From assembly GCA_934130375.1 (NCBI GenBank), contig CAKOXW010000001.1, forward strand, positions 136,067-200,066: DNA of 64,000 bases, in the 5' to 3' direction. Both the position numbers and the translations under genes were made by a program. Positions 37,474 to 47,729 of the stretch are shown here, piece after piece. Source of the DNA: an uncultured Bacilli bacterium (GTDB taxonomy: Bacteria; Bacillota_I; Bacilli_A; RF39; UBA660). The stretch's first letter is position 1, and each line of letters begins with the position of its first letter. The notes under the pieces are model-generated. The model did no database searches and was not told the DNA's origin. It saw only the letters and a program-made list of their open reading frames with translations.

Positions 37474-40332
37474 ATGAATTATATTCCACTTAGAGTAAAA
37501 ACTAGTTATTCGTTTTTAAAATCTTTAAATGATATTAAAAAGATGGTTTCATACTGCAAAGAAAAAGGTATTGAAGCATGTGCGATATGTGATGATAATA
37601 TGTTTGGTGTTATGGAGTTTTACAAGGAATGCATCAAAAATGATATAAAGCCAATAATAGGTATGGAACTTTCAATTGATAATGGGTTTGTTATTTTGTA
37701 CGCAAAAAACTATGCTGGGTATCAAAATTTAACTAGAATTACATATGCTATGCAAAATACTCCTATTAGTCTTGATATTCTAAGGAAGTATTGTAGTGAT
37801 TTAATATGTGTTACTAACTTAAGTATTGATTTTTATGATGATATATATTATGGATATACGAACTCTAAGGATAGGGATTTAAATAAGAAATGTGTATATG
37901 TTCCTGTAATACTATGTTTAGAGAAAGATGATATTAAGTATTTAAAGTATTTAGATTTAATTAAAAAAAATAAGAAGTTAAAAGATTCAGAACCATTTTT
38001 AATTCATAGTAATTGTTACTTTGATTTTAACTCTATTGATTATGAAAATGCATATGAAATTGCTAGTAAGTGCAATATAACATTTGAGGTTAATAAAAAT
38101 TTATTTCCTAAGTACGAGTGTAAGAATGCTAAGGAGTATTTGTTTAATTTAGCAAAAAATGGGTTATTTAAGAGATTTGATGGTAAAGTTACTAAGAAAT
38201 ATTATGATAGGTTATTATATGAATTAGATATTATTGATAAGAATAATTTTAATGATTATTTTTTAGTAGTATTTGATTATGTTAGATATGCTAAGAAGCA
38301 AGGTATTTTAGTAGGTCCAGGTAGAGGTAGTGCAGCGTCTTCTTTAGTTGCGTATTCTCTTGGAATTACTGATGTTGATCCAATTAAATATAATTTATTA
38401 TTTGAAAGATTTTTAAATACAGAGAGGATTACACTTCCTGATATAGATATAGATTTTGAGGCTAATAGAAGAGATGAAGTAGTTAAGTATGTAATGGAAA
38501 AGTATGGATATAATAGGGCTGCTTGCATTATTACATTTACAACTCTTGCAAGTAAGCAAGTATTAAGAGATGTTGCAAGAGTATATGATATTGATACTCA
38601 CACTATTGATAGACTAGTTAAATATGTTCATAATAATTATTCACTAGATACATGTTTAGCTAATAAGAACTTACTTCTTTATTTGAAAGAAAATCCTAAG
38701 ATAGATGAGATATATAGAGTTGCTATGAAATTGGAAGGACTAAAAAGACAGTATTCTATACATGCTGCTGGTATAATAATAGGTGGAGATATTCTTAGTG
38801 ATTATATACCTATAATTAAGTATGGAAATTTTTACATAAGTGGTTATTCGATGGAGCACTTAGAAGAATTAGGTTTAGTTAAGATGGATTTTTTATCTCT
38901 TAAGAATTTAGATACTATTTTAAGTATAACAAAAAAAATTCCTAATGTTAATTTAAAAGAAATAGATTTAAATGATATGAAAACTTTATCTATATATACT
39001 AAGGCTTTGACTGGAGGTATATTTCAATTTGAATCTTATGGTATGAAACAATTTTTAAGTAAGTTAAGGCCTACTACTTTTGATGATATTGTTGCTGCTA
39101 TCGCTCTTTTTAGACCAGGTTGTGCTTCTTCAATTGATGCATTTATAAGAAGGAAAAACGGATTAGAGAAAATTGATTATATTGATCCTTCTTTAAAAGA
39201 TATCTTAGAAAGTACTTATGGAATAATTGTTTATCAAGAGCAAATAATGCAGATTGCTAATGTCATGGCGGGGTATTCGTATGGTGAGGCAGATGTGTTA
39301 AGAAGGGCTATGTCAAAAAAGAAAAAAGAAGTAATGGAAGGTGAAAGAGATAAATTCATAAATAGAAGTATTGAACATGGCTATAGTTATGAAACTGCTT
39401 TTAAAACTTATTATTTCATCTTAAAATTTGCTAATTACGGATTTAATAAAGCTCATTCAGTTGCGTATTCTATATTGTCAATGATGATGGCTTATTTAAA
39501 AGCATACTACAAAGAAGAATTTATGAGTGCTATATTAAATTCTTCAATTGGTATTGAAGATAAAACTATGGAATATGTATCAGAGTGTAGAAAATTAGAT
39601 GTTAATATATTAAAACCTAGTATAAATATAAGTGGTGTAGAGTATAAAAAATATCGTAATTCTATTATTGTTCCTTTATCTATAATTAAAAATGTTGGTA
39701 CTTTAAGTGCTAAAGAGATTATTAGAAAAAGAGAAAGTGGTGAATTTAAAAGCTTTAATGACTTTGTAAGAAGATGCTATTCAAATAATATTAATAAAAA
39801 AGTAATCGAAAGTTTAATTGATGCAGATTGCTTTTCTATGTTTGAATACAATCATAGTACACTTCATTATAATCTTGATGCTGTAATAAATTATGCAATG
39901 ATATCAAAAGAAATTGATGATGAGTTAATTAGTGAACCAATTTTAGAAGTAAAAGAAGAGTTTGATAAGAGTGAACTTTTAGAAAGAGAAAAAAATGTAT
40001 TTGGTTTTTATTTAGTAAATCATCCAGTTACTAAGTATAAATGTAATTATAATAATGTAGTAAGTAGTTCTGATATAGCAGCATATTTTGATAAATATAT
40101 TAATGTTATAGGTATGGTTGATAGTATTAAAACAGTTGAAACTAAGAAAGTAGAAACTATGGCATTTATTAGTCTTCAAGATGAATTTGGTGTGATGCAA
40201 GTTACGATTTTTCCAAAAGAGTATCCTAAAATTAAGAATATTAATAAAAATGATATTGTATTTATAAATGGAAAAGTTCAAAAACGTATGAATAGTTATC
40301 AAGTAATATTGCAAAATATAAAAAAATTGTAA
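37474..40332 (+). CDS. dnaE: DNA polymerase III alpha subunit DnaE (compact, ~950 aa)
   Basis: PHP domain N-terminus (PLRVKTSYSFLKS), polymerase core (GPGRGSAASSLVAYSLGITDVDP, LPDIDIDF), C-terminal OB fold. RBS GGAGG. Confidence 0.9.
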   Translation: MNYIPLRVKTSYSFLKSLNDIKKMVSYCKEKGIEACAICDDNMFGVMEFYKECIKNDIKPIIGMELSIDNGFVILYAKNYAGYQNLTRITYAMQNTPISLDILRKYCSDLICVTNLSIDFYDDIYYGYTNSKDRDLNKKCVYVPVILCLEKDDIKYLKYLDLIKKNKKLKDSEPFLIHSNCYFDFNSIDYENAYEIASKCNITFEVNKNLFPKYECKNAKEYLFNLAKNGLFKRFDGKVTKKYYDRLLYELDIIDKNNFNDYFLVVFDYVRYAKKQGILVGPGRGSAASSLVAYSLGITDVDPIKYNLLFERFLNTERITLPDIDIDFEANRRDEVVKYVMEKYGYNRAACIITFTTLASKQVLRDVARVYDIDTHTIDRLVKYVHNNYSLDTCLANKNLLLYLKENPKIDEIYRVAMKLEGLKRQYSIHAAGIIIGGDILSDYIPIIKYGNFYISGYSMEHLEELGLVKMDFLSLKNLDTILSITKKIPNVNLKEIDLNDMKTLSIYTKALTGGIFQFESYGMKQFLSKLRPTTFDDIVAAIALFRPGCASSIDAFIRRKNGLEKIDYIDPSLKDILESTYGIIVYQEQIMQIANVMAGYSYGEADVLRRAMSKKKKEVMEGERDKFINRSIEHGYSYETAFKTYYFILKFANYGFNKAHSVAYSILSMMMAYLKAYYKEEFMSAILNSSIGIEDKTMEYVSECRKLDVNILKPSINISGVEYKKYRNSIIVPLSIIKNVGTLSAKEIIRKRESGEFKSFNDFVRRCYSNNINKKVIESLIDADCFSMFEYNHSTLHYNLDAVINYAMISKEIDDELISEPILEVKEEFDKSELLEREKNVFGFYLVNHPVTKYKCNYNNVVSSSDIAAYFDKYINVIGMVDSIKTVETKKVETMAFISLQDEFGVMQVTIFPKEYPKIKNINKNDIVFINGKVQKRMNSYQVILQNIKKL

Positions 40333-40374
40333 AATATAGAGTGATATGTTATAATTGAAAATAGAGGTGAATTT

Positions 40375-41913
40375 ATGAATTCGAAAGATAAAATAATTGC
40401 TATAATATTAACAATATTCGTATCAATTATTTGTTTAATACCAATATATGATTTTAAAATATATGCTAAAGAGACACCTAAATCTTTATTTAAAGTATAT
40501 TTAAATGGTAAAAGTATTGGAGTTATTGAATCTAAGGAAAAGTTAGAAAATTATATAAATAATGAACAAAAAGATTTAAAAGAGAAATATAATGTTGATA
40601 CTGTATATGCACCTGCTGGTTTGTATATCGTGCCTTATACAACTTATAATGATACTGTTGTAGATGAAAAATATATATATGATGCTATAAAAGAAACTGA
40701 GAAGTTTACTATTAAAGGTTACGAGATTACTATTGCTAAGGATGATACTGAAGATACAAAAGGAAATGATACTGATATTAGTGCACAGAGTACTAAGAAA
40801 GAAGACAATACAAATGAAGATATAAAATTTTATGTATTATCTAAAGATGACTTTAAGAATGCAGTTTCAAATGTTGTGAAGGCATTTGTTAATGCTGATG
40901 ATTTAGAAGCTTTTTTATCTGGTGAAGATATTGTTATTAAAAATATAGGTAATAAAATAGAAGATTTATATATTAAAGAAGATATAACTATTAAAGAAAA
41001 ATATATTCCTAGTGATAAAAAAATATATTTAGATGAAAAAGAAATTACTAAGTATTTGCTTTTTGGTAAAGATATTGAAGAAAAGAAGTATAAAGTAAAA
41101 GCAGGAGATACAATTGAGAGTATTGCTGAAAATAATAAACTTGCCGTAGAAGAATTATTAGTTGTTAATCAAAATTTAAAGAGCAAAAATAATATTTTAT
41201 CTATTGGACAAGAAATTTCAGTAGCACTTATTTCTCCAATAATAACTGTTGTTGAAGAAGAACATAAAGTAGAAGAAAAGGTAATCGCTTTCTCAACTAC
41301 TGTTGAATATGATAGTTCTATGGTATGGGGTGCTACAAAGATAAAACAACAAGGTAAAGATGGAAGTCAAATAGTTACTCAAAAGATTAAGTATGAAAAT
41401 GGTGAGATTAAGCAAGCATTAATTACTGATACTGAACTTGTAGAAGATGTTATAAATCAAGTAAAAGTAATTGGTACTAAAAATAACTTTGTTGTTGATC
41501 CATCAGATATTCCTACTTCTGGAGATTGGTTTTGGCCAACTTTAAAACCATTTATTATATCAAGTGGATATGGATGGAGATGGGGTGTTCTTCATGATGC
41601 TAATGATATAACTGGAACAGGACATGGTTCTCCAATTTTTGCAGCTAATAATGGAATTGTAAGTAAAGTGTTCTACGATGGTATAGGCGGATATCAAATT
41701 ATTATTGCGCATGATGGTGATATATATACTTGGTATGCTCATTTATCTGCTCAGTATGTTAGAACTGGTCAAGAAGTAAAAGCAGGAGATAAAATTGGTG
41801 CTATGGGATGTACAGGTTCTGCTTGTACAGGTACACACTTACACTTTGCAGCATATAGAGGAAAACCAGGTGCAGGTGGAGTATCATTTGATTCATTAAA
41901 ATTGTATAGATAG
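40375..41913 (+). CDS. M23 family metallopeptidase with LysM and G5 domains, N-terminal TM anchor
   Basis: LysM (KVKAGDTIESIAENNKL), G5 (VEYDSSMVWG...GKDGSQIVTQKIKYENGE), M23 motifs HDANDITG and THLHF. Confidence 0.75.
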   Translation: MNSKDKIIAIILTIFVSIICLIPIYDFKIYAKETPKSLFKVYLNGKSIGVIESKEKLENYINNEQKDLKEKYNVDTVYAPAGLYIVPYTTYNDTVVDEKYIYDAIKETEKFTIKGYEITIAKDDTEDTKGNDTDISAQSTKKEDNTNEDIKFYVLSKDDFKNAVSNVVKAFVNADDLEAFLSGEDIVIKNIGNKIEDLYIKEDITIKEKYIPSDKKIYLDEKEITKYLLFGKDIEEKKYKVKAGDTIESIAENNKLAVEELLVVNQNLKSKNNILSIGQEISVALISPIITVVEEEHKVEEKVIAFSTTVEYDSSMVWGATKIKQQGKDGSQIVTQKIKYENGEIKQALITDTELVEDVINQVKVIGTKNNFVVDPSDIPTSGDWFWPTLKPFIISSGYGWRWGVLHDANDITGTGHGSPIFAANNGIVSKVFYDGIGGYQIIIAHDGDIYTWYAHLSAQYVRTGQEVKAGDKIGAMGCTGSACTGTHLHFAAYRGKPGAGGVSFDSLKLYR

Positions 41914-41921
41914 GAGAATAT

Positions 41922-42797
41922 ATGAAAAAAGCTTTATTAATATTATTAAGCATAATGATGCTTACTGGTTGTGGTGGTAATAAAAATGAGCAAACAACAG
42001 AGCCAAAACAATTACTACATATCAGTGATTATTTTAAAGATAAAGGTATTAATAATATTGGTACTTTAAAATGTAGTGCACTAAATAATGAAAAAATTAT
42101 GTATGCAAATTATGCACTTAATTACTTCATTTTAGAAAATGGTGATACATACAAATTTGTATATGGTGGTAATAAGATTTATAGTAATAATGAACAATGT
42201 ATGAAGATTACTACAAATGTAAAAGTTAAAACATTTAAGTATAAATATTTTTTAGGAACTGATGGTAATTATTATAATATTACTATTGATAATGATGATA
42301 TTAAATTAGAAAAAGTAGAGTTAAGTGGATATGATGCAACATTGTATAATGATACAAGTGTAATTAATTTTACAAGTACAACTGTTCCTGATAGTTATAC
42401 TGCACAAAGAGGTTGGTATTCAGCGTACTATGTTTTAAAAAATGATGGAATTCATAATTTAATTATATTAAGTTCTTATAATAATACAGGAACTCTAAAT
42501 TATCAAATAGTTAATGATGAAATTCTATATAAGAAAAGTGATTATGGAAATATTAAGAGATTTGAAACTACATATAAAGAAGGTATAACATTAATCTTAT
42601 CTGATACTGGTTTATATATTAAAGAAGAAGTAAAAACAGAAGAATGTAGTAAATATGCAGATATTAAATGTGAAACAAAAATGGTAAATAATGAGTTATA
42701 TCAAAAATATAAAAATGATATTAAATATGTAGATAGTTATAGAATTATTGCTGATGATAATGGTTTTTATACAACAAGTTATTTGCTAGTTAAGTAA
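41922..42797 (+). CDS. Hypothetical lipoprotein
   Basis: Lipobox LTGCGG. No other recognisable domain. Confidence 0.45.
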   Translation: MKKALLILLSIMMLTGCGGNKNEQTTEPKQLLHISDYFKDKGINNIGTLKCSALNNEKIMYANYALNYFILENGDTYKFVYGGNKIYSNNEQCMKITTNVKVKTFKYKYFLGTDGNYYNITIDNDDIKLEKVELSGYDATLYNDTSVINFTSTTVPDSYTAQRGWYSAYYVLKNDGIHNLIILSSYNNTGTLNYQIVNDEILYKKSDYGNIKRFETTYKEGITLILSDTGLYIKEEVKTEECSKYADIKCETKMVNNELYQKYKNDIKYVDSYRIIADDNGFYTTSYLLVK

Positions 42798-42898
42798 TTA
42801 TATTTATAATAAGAAGCATAAGGTGTAACAAATTTTTAAAAAATAGAAAAATATACTTGCAAAAACTATAAACATTTGTTATAATCTTTATGTTTTAT

Positions 42899-42975
42899 GG
42901 CGAGATAGCTCAGCTGGCTAGAGCAATCGGTTCATACCCGATAGGTCAAGAGTTCGAATCTCTTTCTCGCTACCA
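42899..42975 (+). tRNA. tRNA-Met (elongator type, anticodon CAT)
   Basis: 77-nt cloverleaf GGCGAGA...TCTCGCTACCA with anticodon loop TTCATAC and T-loop GTTCGAATC. TTGCAA-17-TATAAT promoter upstream. Closely resembles elongator tRNA-Met of Bacillus. Confidence 0.9.
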
Positions 42976-42985
42976 AATGTAAATA

Positions 42986-43010
42986 GCAAGCCCTAGGGGC
43001 TTGTTTTTTT
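42986..43010 (+). terminator. Rho-independent terminator gcaagccc-tag-gggcttg + T7
   Basis: Read directly after the tRNA. Confidence 0.6.
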
Positions 43011-43188
43011 GTAGTTGATATAACAAAGATTATAAATAGTTTCTTAATTAAGTGTATGTATAATTTTTTACATAATATATATCATTATCCCTTATATTAA
43101 AAATATAAAATCAAGTAAAACAAAAGATGATTAGAAATGATAATCATCTTTAAAACAGTTTTTTATATTTGCTATATATAAGAACAAA

Positions 43189-44076
43189 TTATTTCATTAT
43201 AATTTCAATTAATTTTTTAGTACTAAAATTAGGTAAATGTTTATTTGATGTTGCAATACCAATATATCTGTTTGGTATTTTTTCTTTTAAATTTATTTCA
43301 TATAATTGTTTGTTTTTTAGTTCTTCTTTAATATAATCTTTTGTAGCATAACCAATACCTAAACCAATCTTAGCAAATTCTACAACCAAAGAATAACTGG
43401 CTAATTCAATATTTGGTTTAAGAATGGTATTGTTTTCTTTGGCAAAATCATCTAAAAATTCTCTAGTATTAGATCCTTTTGATTGTAGTATTAAAGGATA
43501 TTTATTTAATTCTTTAATTGATATTTCATTGTTAATTAAATTACTATATGTTCTATTTACTACGAAGCAATCTGTAATTCTTTTACACTTTGTTATTTTA
43601 ATATCTTGACCATAATCTTTTTCATTTAAATTCAAGATTATAATATCTATTAATCCATTTCTTAGTTTTGAAAATAATTCAGATGATATATTAGTTATAA
43701 TTTGAATATCTATTTTTGGATATAATCTATGAAACTCTTCTAAATATGGAAGTAAAAACTCCTTAGTTAAGGTTGTGCTTATGCCAATTTTAATACAACC
43801 AGTTTCTAGATTTATTAATTCAGTAAATTTATTTTCTGCATTTGAAATGTATTCAATAGCTTGTTTTATGTAATTGTAAAATTCTGATCCTTCTTCTGTC
43901 AATATAACCCCTCTTTTTGTTCTAACAAAAAGTTGCCCGCCAAGTTGTTCTTCTAAATTTTTAATTGATTTACTAATTGCTGGTTGTGAGATATTTAATT
44001 CTTTAGATGCTTTAGTAATATTTTTATGATTAGCAACAGTATAAAAAATTCTATATAATTCAAAGTCAATATTCAT
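43189..44076 (-). CDS. LysR family transcriptional regulator
   Basis: N-terminal HTH LYRIFYTVANHKNITKASKELNISQPAISKSIKNLEEQLGGQLF plus a LysR substrate-binding domain. Divergent to the PHP gene. Confidence 0.8.
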   Translation of the reverse strand: MNIDFELYRIFYTVANHKNITKASKELNISQPAISKSIKNLEEQLGGQLFVRTKRGVILTEEGSEFYNYIKQAIEYISNAENKFTELINLETGCIKIGISTTLTKEFLLPYLEEFHRLYPKIDIQIITNISSELFSKLRNGLIDIIILNLNEKDYGQDIKITKCKRITDCFVVNRTYSNLINNEISIKELNKYPLILQSKGSNTREFLDDFAKENNTILKPNIELASYSLVVEFAKIGLGIGYATKDYIKEELKNKQLYEINLKEKIPNRYIGIATSNKHLPNFSTKKLIEIIMK

Positions 44077-44259
44077 AATAACCTCCAGTTATGATAAACA
44101 TAATAAATATGTATTTTAATTATATCAAATAAAGACGTATAATACAAGTAGATGGGAGGGAAATATATGATAATAGATATATGCGAAAAGTCTGGATGTG
44201 ATAAAAGTACTTCAGCAAGTACTTTAATGAAGAAAACTAATATTAAGGAGAAAATAAAC

Positions 44260-45243
44260 ATGGAAAATTATAAATCATCACCACAAGTTTGGTTAGAAAA
44301 GCAAGTTTTTGAAGATAAATCAGCAATGGATACACTTAATAGATTATATTTTGATAATATAATAAAACCATATAGAGAAAGTGATAAAATTATTGATTTA
44401 CATACACACACAAATTATTCGGATGGAGATTTATCTCCTTATGAATTGATAAGATTGGCTATAGAAAAAAGAGTTGGAATACTTGGAATAACGGATCATG
44501 ATACATTGGATGGAATAAAACAAATTGATAAAACTAATTCATTAATAGTTGATAGTGGTATACAAATTATTGATGGAGTTGAACTTTCTGCAAAAGTTTC
44601 TAAAGGAAGAATGCATATACTTGGATATGATATAGACATTAATGATGTTAATATTAATAAAGAAATGGAAAAAATAAAAGATAATAGTATTAATTCAGTT
44701 TTATCAATAATGGAACAGATAAAAAGAGATTATGGCATAGTTTTTAAATATAGTGATATAAAAGAATTGGTAAATTCTAATCAAAATTTAGGAAGACCTG
44801 ATTTAGCCAAATTATGTGTAAAATATGGATATGCTTCATCAATACAAGATGCTTTTGATAAGTATTTAATAGAAGCCTACAATAAAACTAGAAGTACAAG
44901 TAAAGGATTATCTTATCAAGAATGTATAGAATTAATATTACAAAGTAAAGGAATTCCAATTTTAGCGCATCCAAAATCTTTAGAACTTCCAGAAAAAGAA
45001 TTTTTAATATTATTAAAAGAAATGATAAACTCGGGATTAAAGGGTATTGAAGTTTATCATTCTAGTCATACGAAAGAGGAAATAAAATATTATTTAGAAA
45101 TTGCAAATAGATATGACTTATTAATTAGTGGTGGTAGTGATTATCATGGTAAAACTATTAAACCTGATATTGAATTGGGTACAGGAAAAAATAATGGAAT
45201 TAGAATTAAAAAATTATCTTTACTTGACAAATTGAATAAATAA
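44260..45243 (+). CDS. PHP domain phosphoesterase (TrpH/YciV-like)
   Basis: DLHTHTNYSDG, GITDHD motifs. Start chosen at MENYK with AAGGAGAAA RBS (the track start at 44152 lacks an SD). Confidence 0.65.
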   Translation: MENYKSSPQVWLEKQVFEDKSAMDTLNRLYFDNIIKPYRESDKIIDLHTHTNYSDGDLSPYELIRLAIEKRVGILGITDHDTLDGIKQIDKTNSLIVDSGIQIIDGVELSAKVSKGRMHILGYDIDINDVNINKEMEKIKDNSINSVLSIMEQIKRDYGIVFKYSDIKELVNSNQNLGRPDLAKLCVKYGYASSIQDAFDKYLIEAYNKTRSTSKGLSYQECIELILQSKGIPILAHPKSLELPEKEFLILLKEMINSGLKGIEVYHSSHTKEEIKYYLEIANRYDLLISGGSDYHGKTIKPDIELGTGKNNGIRIKKLSLLDKLNK

Positions 45244-45504
45244 CATTTGAAAAATAATAAGAAATAATATTGCATTTAGCTGAATGCTTAAGGTCTAGAT
45301 ATACTATATTCACGTATCAAATAGTAAAAAACAAGTTCATATTTTATGGGCTTGTTTTAATTTTATACTCCGAAAAATACTTTTTAAAAAATCTTTTTAT
45401 GTAAAATTAGTATTTCTACAATATGTAGAGAAAAAAAGTATGTTTATTATGCTAAGATTTAATTGTAGAAGTGATTTATAATTTATAAATAACGGAGGTT
45501 AAAT

Positions 45505-47613
45505 ATGGCATTTGTATATAAAAAAGAAAAAAATTCATTAATAGTAGATGACCCAATATACGGAGAAATAATTGTTCCTTATCCTTTTTCTGAAATAGTT
45601 TTAACAAAAGAAATGCAAAGATTATCAGGGATATCACAAAATGGTTTTTCACAACTTGAATATAAAGAACTTGAGAATAATGATAGATTAAGTCATAGCG
45701 TTGGTGCTTTTTACGTAATGTCATTATTTTTGAATAGATTAGAAGAAATCTTAAAAAGTTTTAATATTAAACTTAGCAAAGATGATAAAGATATTGCGTT
45801 ATGTTCTATGTTACTGCATGATATAGGGCACGGACCATTTTCTCATACATTAGAATTGGTAACTAATTACTCACATGAAAAACGTACTACAGACATTTTG
45901 CTTGGAGATACAGAGGTTAATAAAGCAATAACAAAGTTCTTTGGAGAGAAAAAAGTTAAAAAGATTGCAAGTTTTATAGCAGAGATTAATGATAGTCAAG
46001 AATTAGGTACGGATAGTTTTACAAAATTGCTTAATAATTTAGTTTCTTATCAATTAGATGCGGATAGAATTGATTATTTAATTCGTGATGCATATTATGT
46101 TGGTATTTCTTCTGCAATAGATTTAAAGAAAATAATTTCAAGTATGGGTGTTGTTGTAAATAATAATCAAGAATATGAATTACTAATTGATAGAAAGGGT
46201 CTTGCAAGTGTAGAAAATGTTTTATTGCAAAGATACCAAATGTATAGAGATGTGTATTTAAGCCCAATTTCAGTTTTAGGAGATTATATATTTAAAAAGA
46301 TTATTGAACGATATAGAGATAATACAAAGTTGCATACTTTACCTGTTTCAAAAAGTTTAAAAACATTAGTTAGTGATACAATGGTAAGTAATTTAAATGA
46401 TTTTTTAGAGATGAAAGATGAAGATTTTAATATTTCTTTTAAAATGCTATCTAAATCAAATTTAGATACTGTTATGTCTTACTTATGTGATTTTGATAAT
46501 ATAAAAGACTATATTTTAATTAAGAATGATGTTTCTGAAGAAAAAATCAAAACAAAATTAAAAGAAATATTTGGTGATATTGATTTAAGTGATACATTAT
46601 CAATAATAAGTATTGATACTAAAACAAAATTATATAAAAAGGAACAAAAATTAAATGTTCAAAATGGAAATAGAATTATGGATTTAACTGAATGCACAAA
46701 TTTAATAAGGCCACAAGAAGAATTAGAAAATACATATATTTTCTTTAACCCTGAATTACTTAGATTAGAACTTGGTTTAAGTGATAAAGAATTTAAAAAA
46801 TATGAAAGCGAGGTAATAAAAATGATTGAAGAATTAAATAAAAAACCTGAAGAATTTGAATTAAAATATATAATTGATGAAAAAGATACTGAAGACTTAG
46901 ATAAAGAAACTTTGATTAATAAGATTATTTCTGTTTTTAAGACTAATGGTTTTAAAATAGTTTCAGTAACAGAAAAACAAAATAATGATGAATATTATGA
47001 TACTAGAGATTTAAAATTATATAAAAATGGTGGGTCACTTAGAATAAGAAAGGTTGAACAAAAAGGAAAAGAGAAAATAAAAGCCACTTGCAAAATGCCA
47101 CTTGGAAAAGGTGAAGTTTATTCATCAAGAAGTGAAATTGAAGAAACATTAGAAGATGATAGTTTTGATGAATTTATGCAAAAGATGATTAGTTCTAAAG
47201 TGAATGTTAACTTTGATGACATATTAAGATTTCCTATATTAAATTCTCGTACAAAAAGAAAAGATATAGTATTAGATAAAAACGGAGTTCAAGTATGTTT
47301 ATCATTTGATACTACCAAGTATACTAACCATCTTTTAAATGATGCTACAACAACTGATAAAATGATTGAGATTGAAGCAATTGGAGAACTTAACAATAGA
47401 ATTATTCTTAATGAAATACATGAATTTATCGCATCTTCTTTTAGTAGTTTAGAAGTAAATAAACAAAGTAAATACGAAAGAGGTATTAATCGTACTTTAC
47501 AACTATACAATAATTTAGAAGAAAACCAATCTATGGAAGAGTATTTTTCAATACCAACTTATGCATCTCTATCTAATGCTGATGCTTTAGTTAAAAAACT
47601 AAAACATGTTTAG
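45505..47613 (+). CDS. Fusion protein: HD-domain dNTP triphosphohydrolase-like N-terminal region (aa 1-~430) + CYTH (triphosphate tunnel metalloenzyme) C-terminal domain (aa ~450-660)
   Basis: HD: RLSHSVGAFYV...LLHDIGHGPFSHTLE...DADRIDYLIRDAYYVG. CYTH: EFELKYII (ExExK), YYDTRDLKLYKNGGSLRIRK, MIEIEAIGE. RBS ACGGAGG. Confidence 0.7.
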   Translation: MAFVYKKEKNSLIVDDPIYGEIIVPYPFSEIVLTKEMQRLSGISQNGFSQLEYKELENNDRLSHSVGAFYVMSLFLNRLEEILKSFNIKLSKDDKDIALCSMLLHDIGHGPFSHTLELVTNYSHEKRTTDILLGDTEVNKAITKFFGEKKVKKIASFIAEINDSQELGTDSFTKLLNNLVSYQLDADRIDYLIRDAYYVGISSAIDLKKIISSMGVVVNNNQEYELLIDRKGLASVENVLLQRYQMYRDVYLSPISVLGDYIFKKIIERYRDNTKLHTLPVSKSLKTLVSDTMVSNLNDFLEMKDEDFNISFKMLSKSNLDTVMSYLCDFDNIKDYILIKNDVSEEKIKTKLKEIFGDIDLSDTLSIISIDTKTKLYKKEQKLNVQNGNRIMDLTECTNLIRPQEELENTYIFFNPELLRLELGLSDKEFKKYESEVIKMIEELNKKPEEFELKYIIDEKDTEDLDKETLINKIISVFKTNGFKIVSVTEKQNNDEYYDTRDLKLYKNGGSLRIRKVEQKGKEKIKATCKMPLGKGEVYSSRSEIEETLEDDSFDEFMQKMISSKVNVNFDDILRFPILNSRTKRKDIVLDKNGVQVCLSFDTTKYTNHLLNDATTTDKMIEIEAIGELNNRIILNEIHEFIASSFSSLEVNKQSKYERGINRTLQLYNNLEENQSMEEYFSIPTYASLSNADALVKKLKHV

Positions 47614-47644
47614 TGTTATTTAACCTAAGCCATAAATAAAAATA

Positions 47645-47674
47645 ACTCGAGTACAATATTCGAGTTTTAATTTT
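47645..47674 (+). terminator. Hairpin actcga-gtacaatat-tcgagt + TTTAATTTT after the HD-CYTH gene
   Basis: Read directly. Confidence 0.4.
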
Positions 47675-47729
47675 AAGCATTGCAATAGCAAATTTAAAGA
47701 AATTATTATATAATTAATATGGTGGTTGT

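Noticed and set aside
44073-44261. 62-aa minus-strand ORF between lysR and the PHP gene
   Set aside because: It overlaps the divergent promoter region. Hydrophobic nonsense translation.
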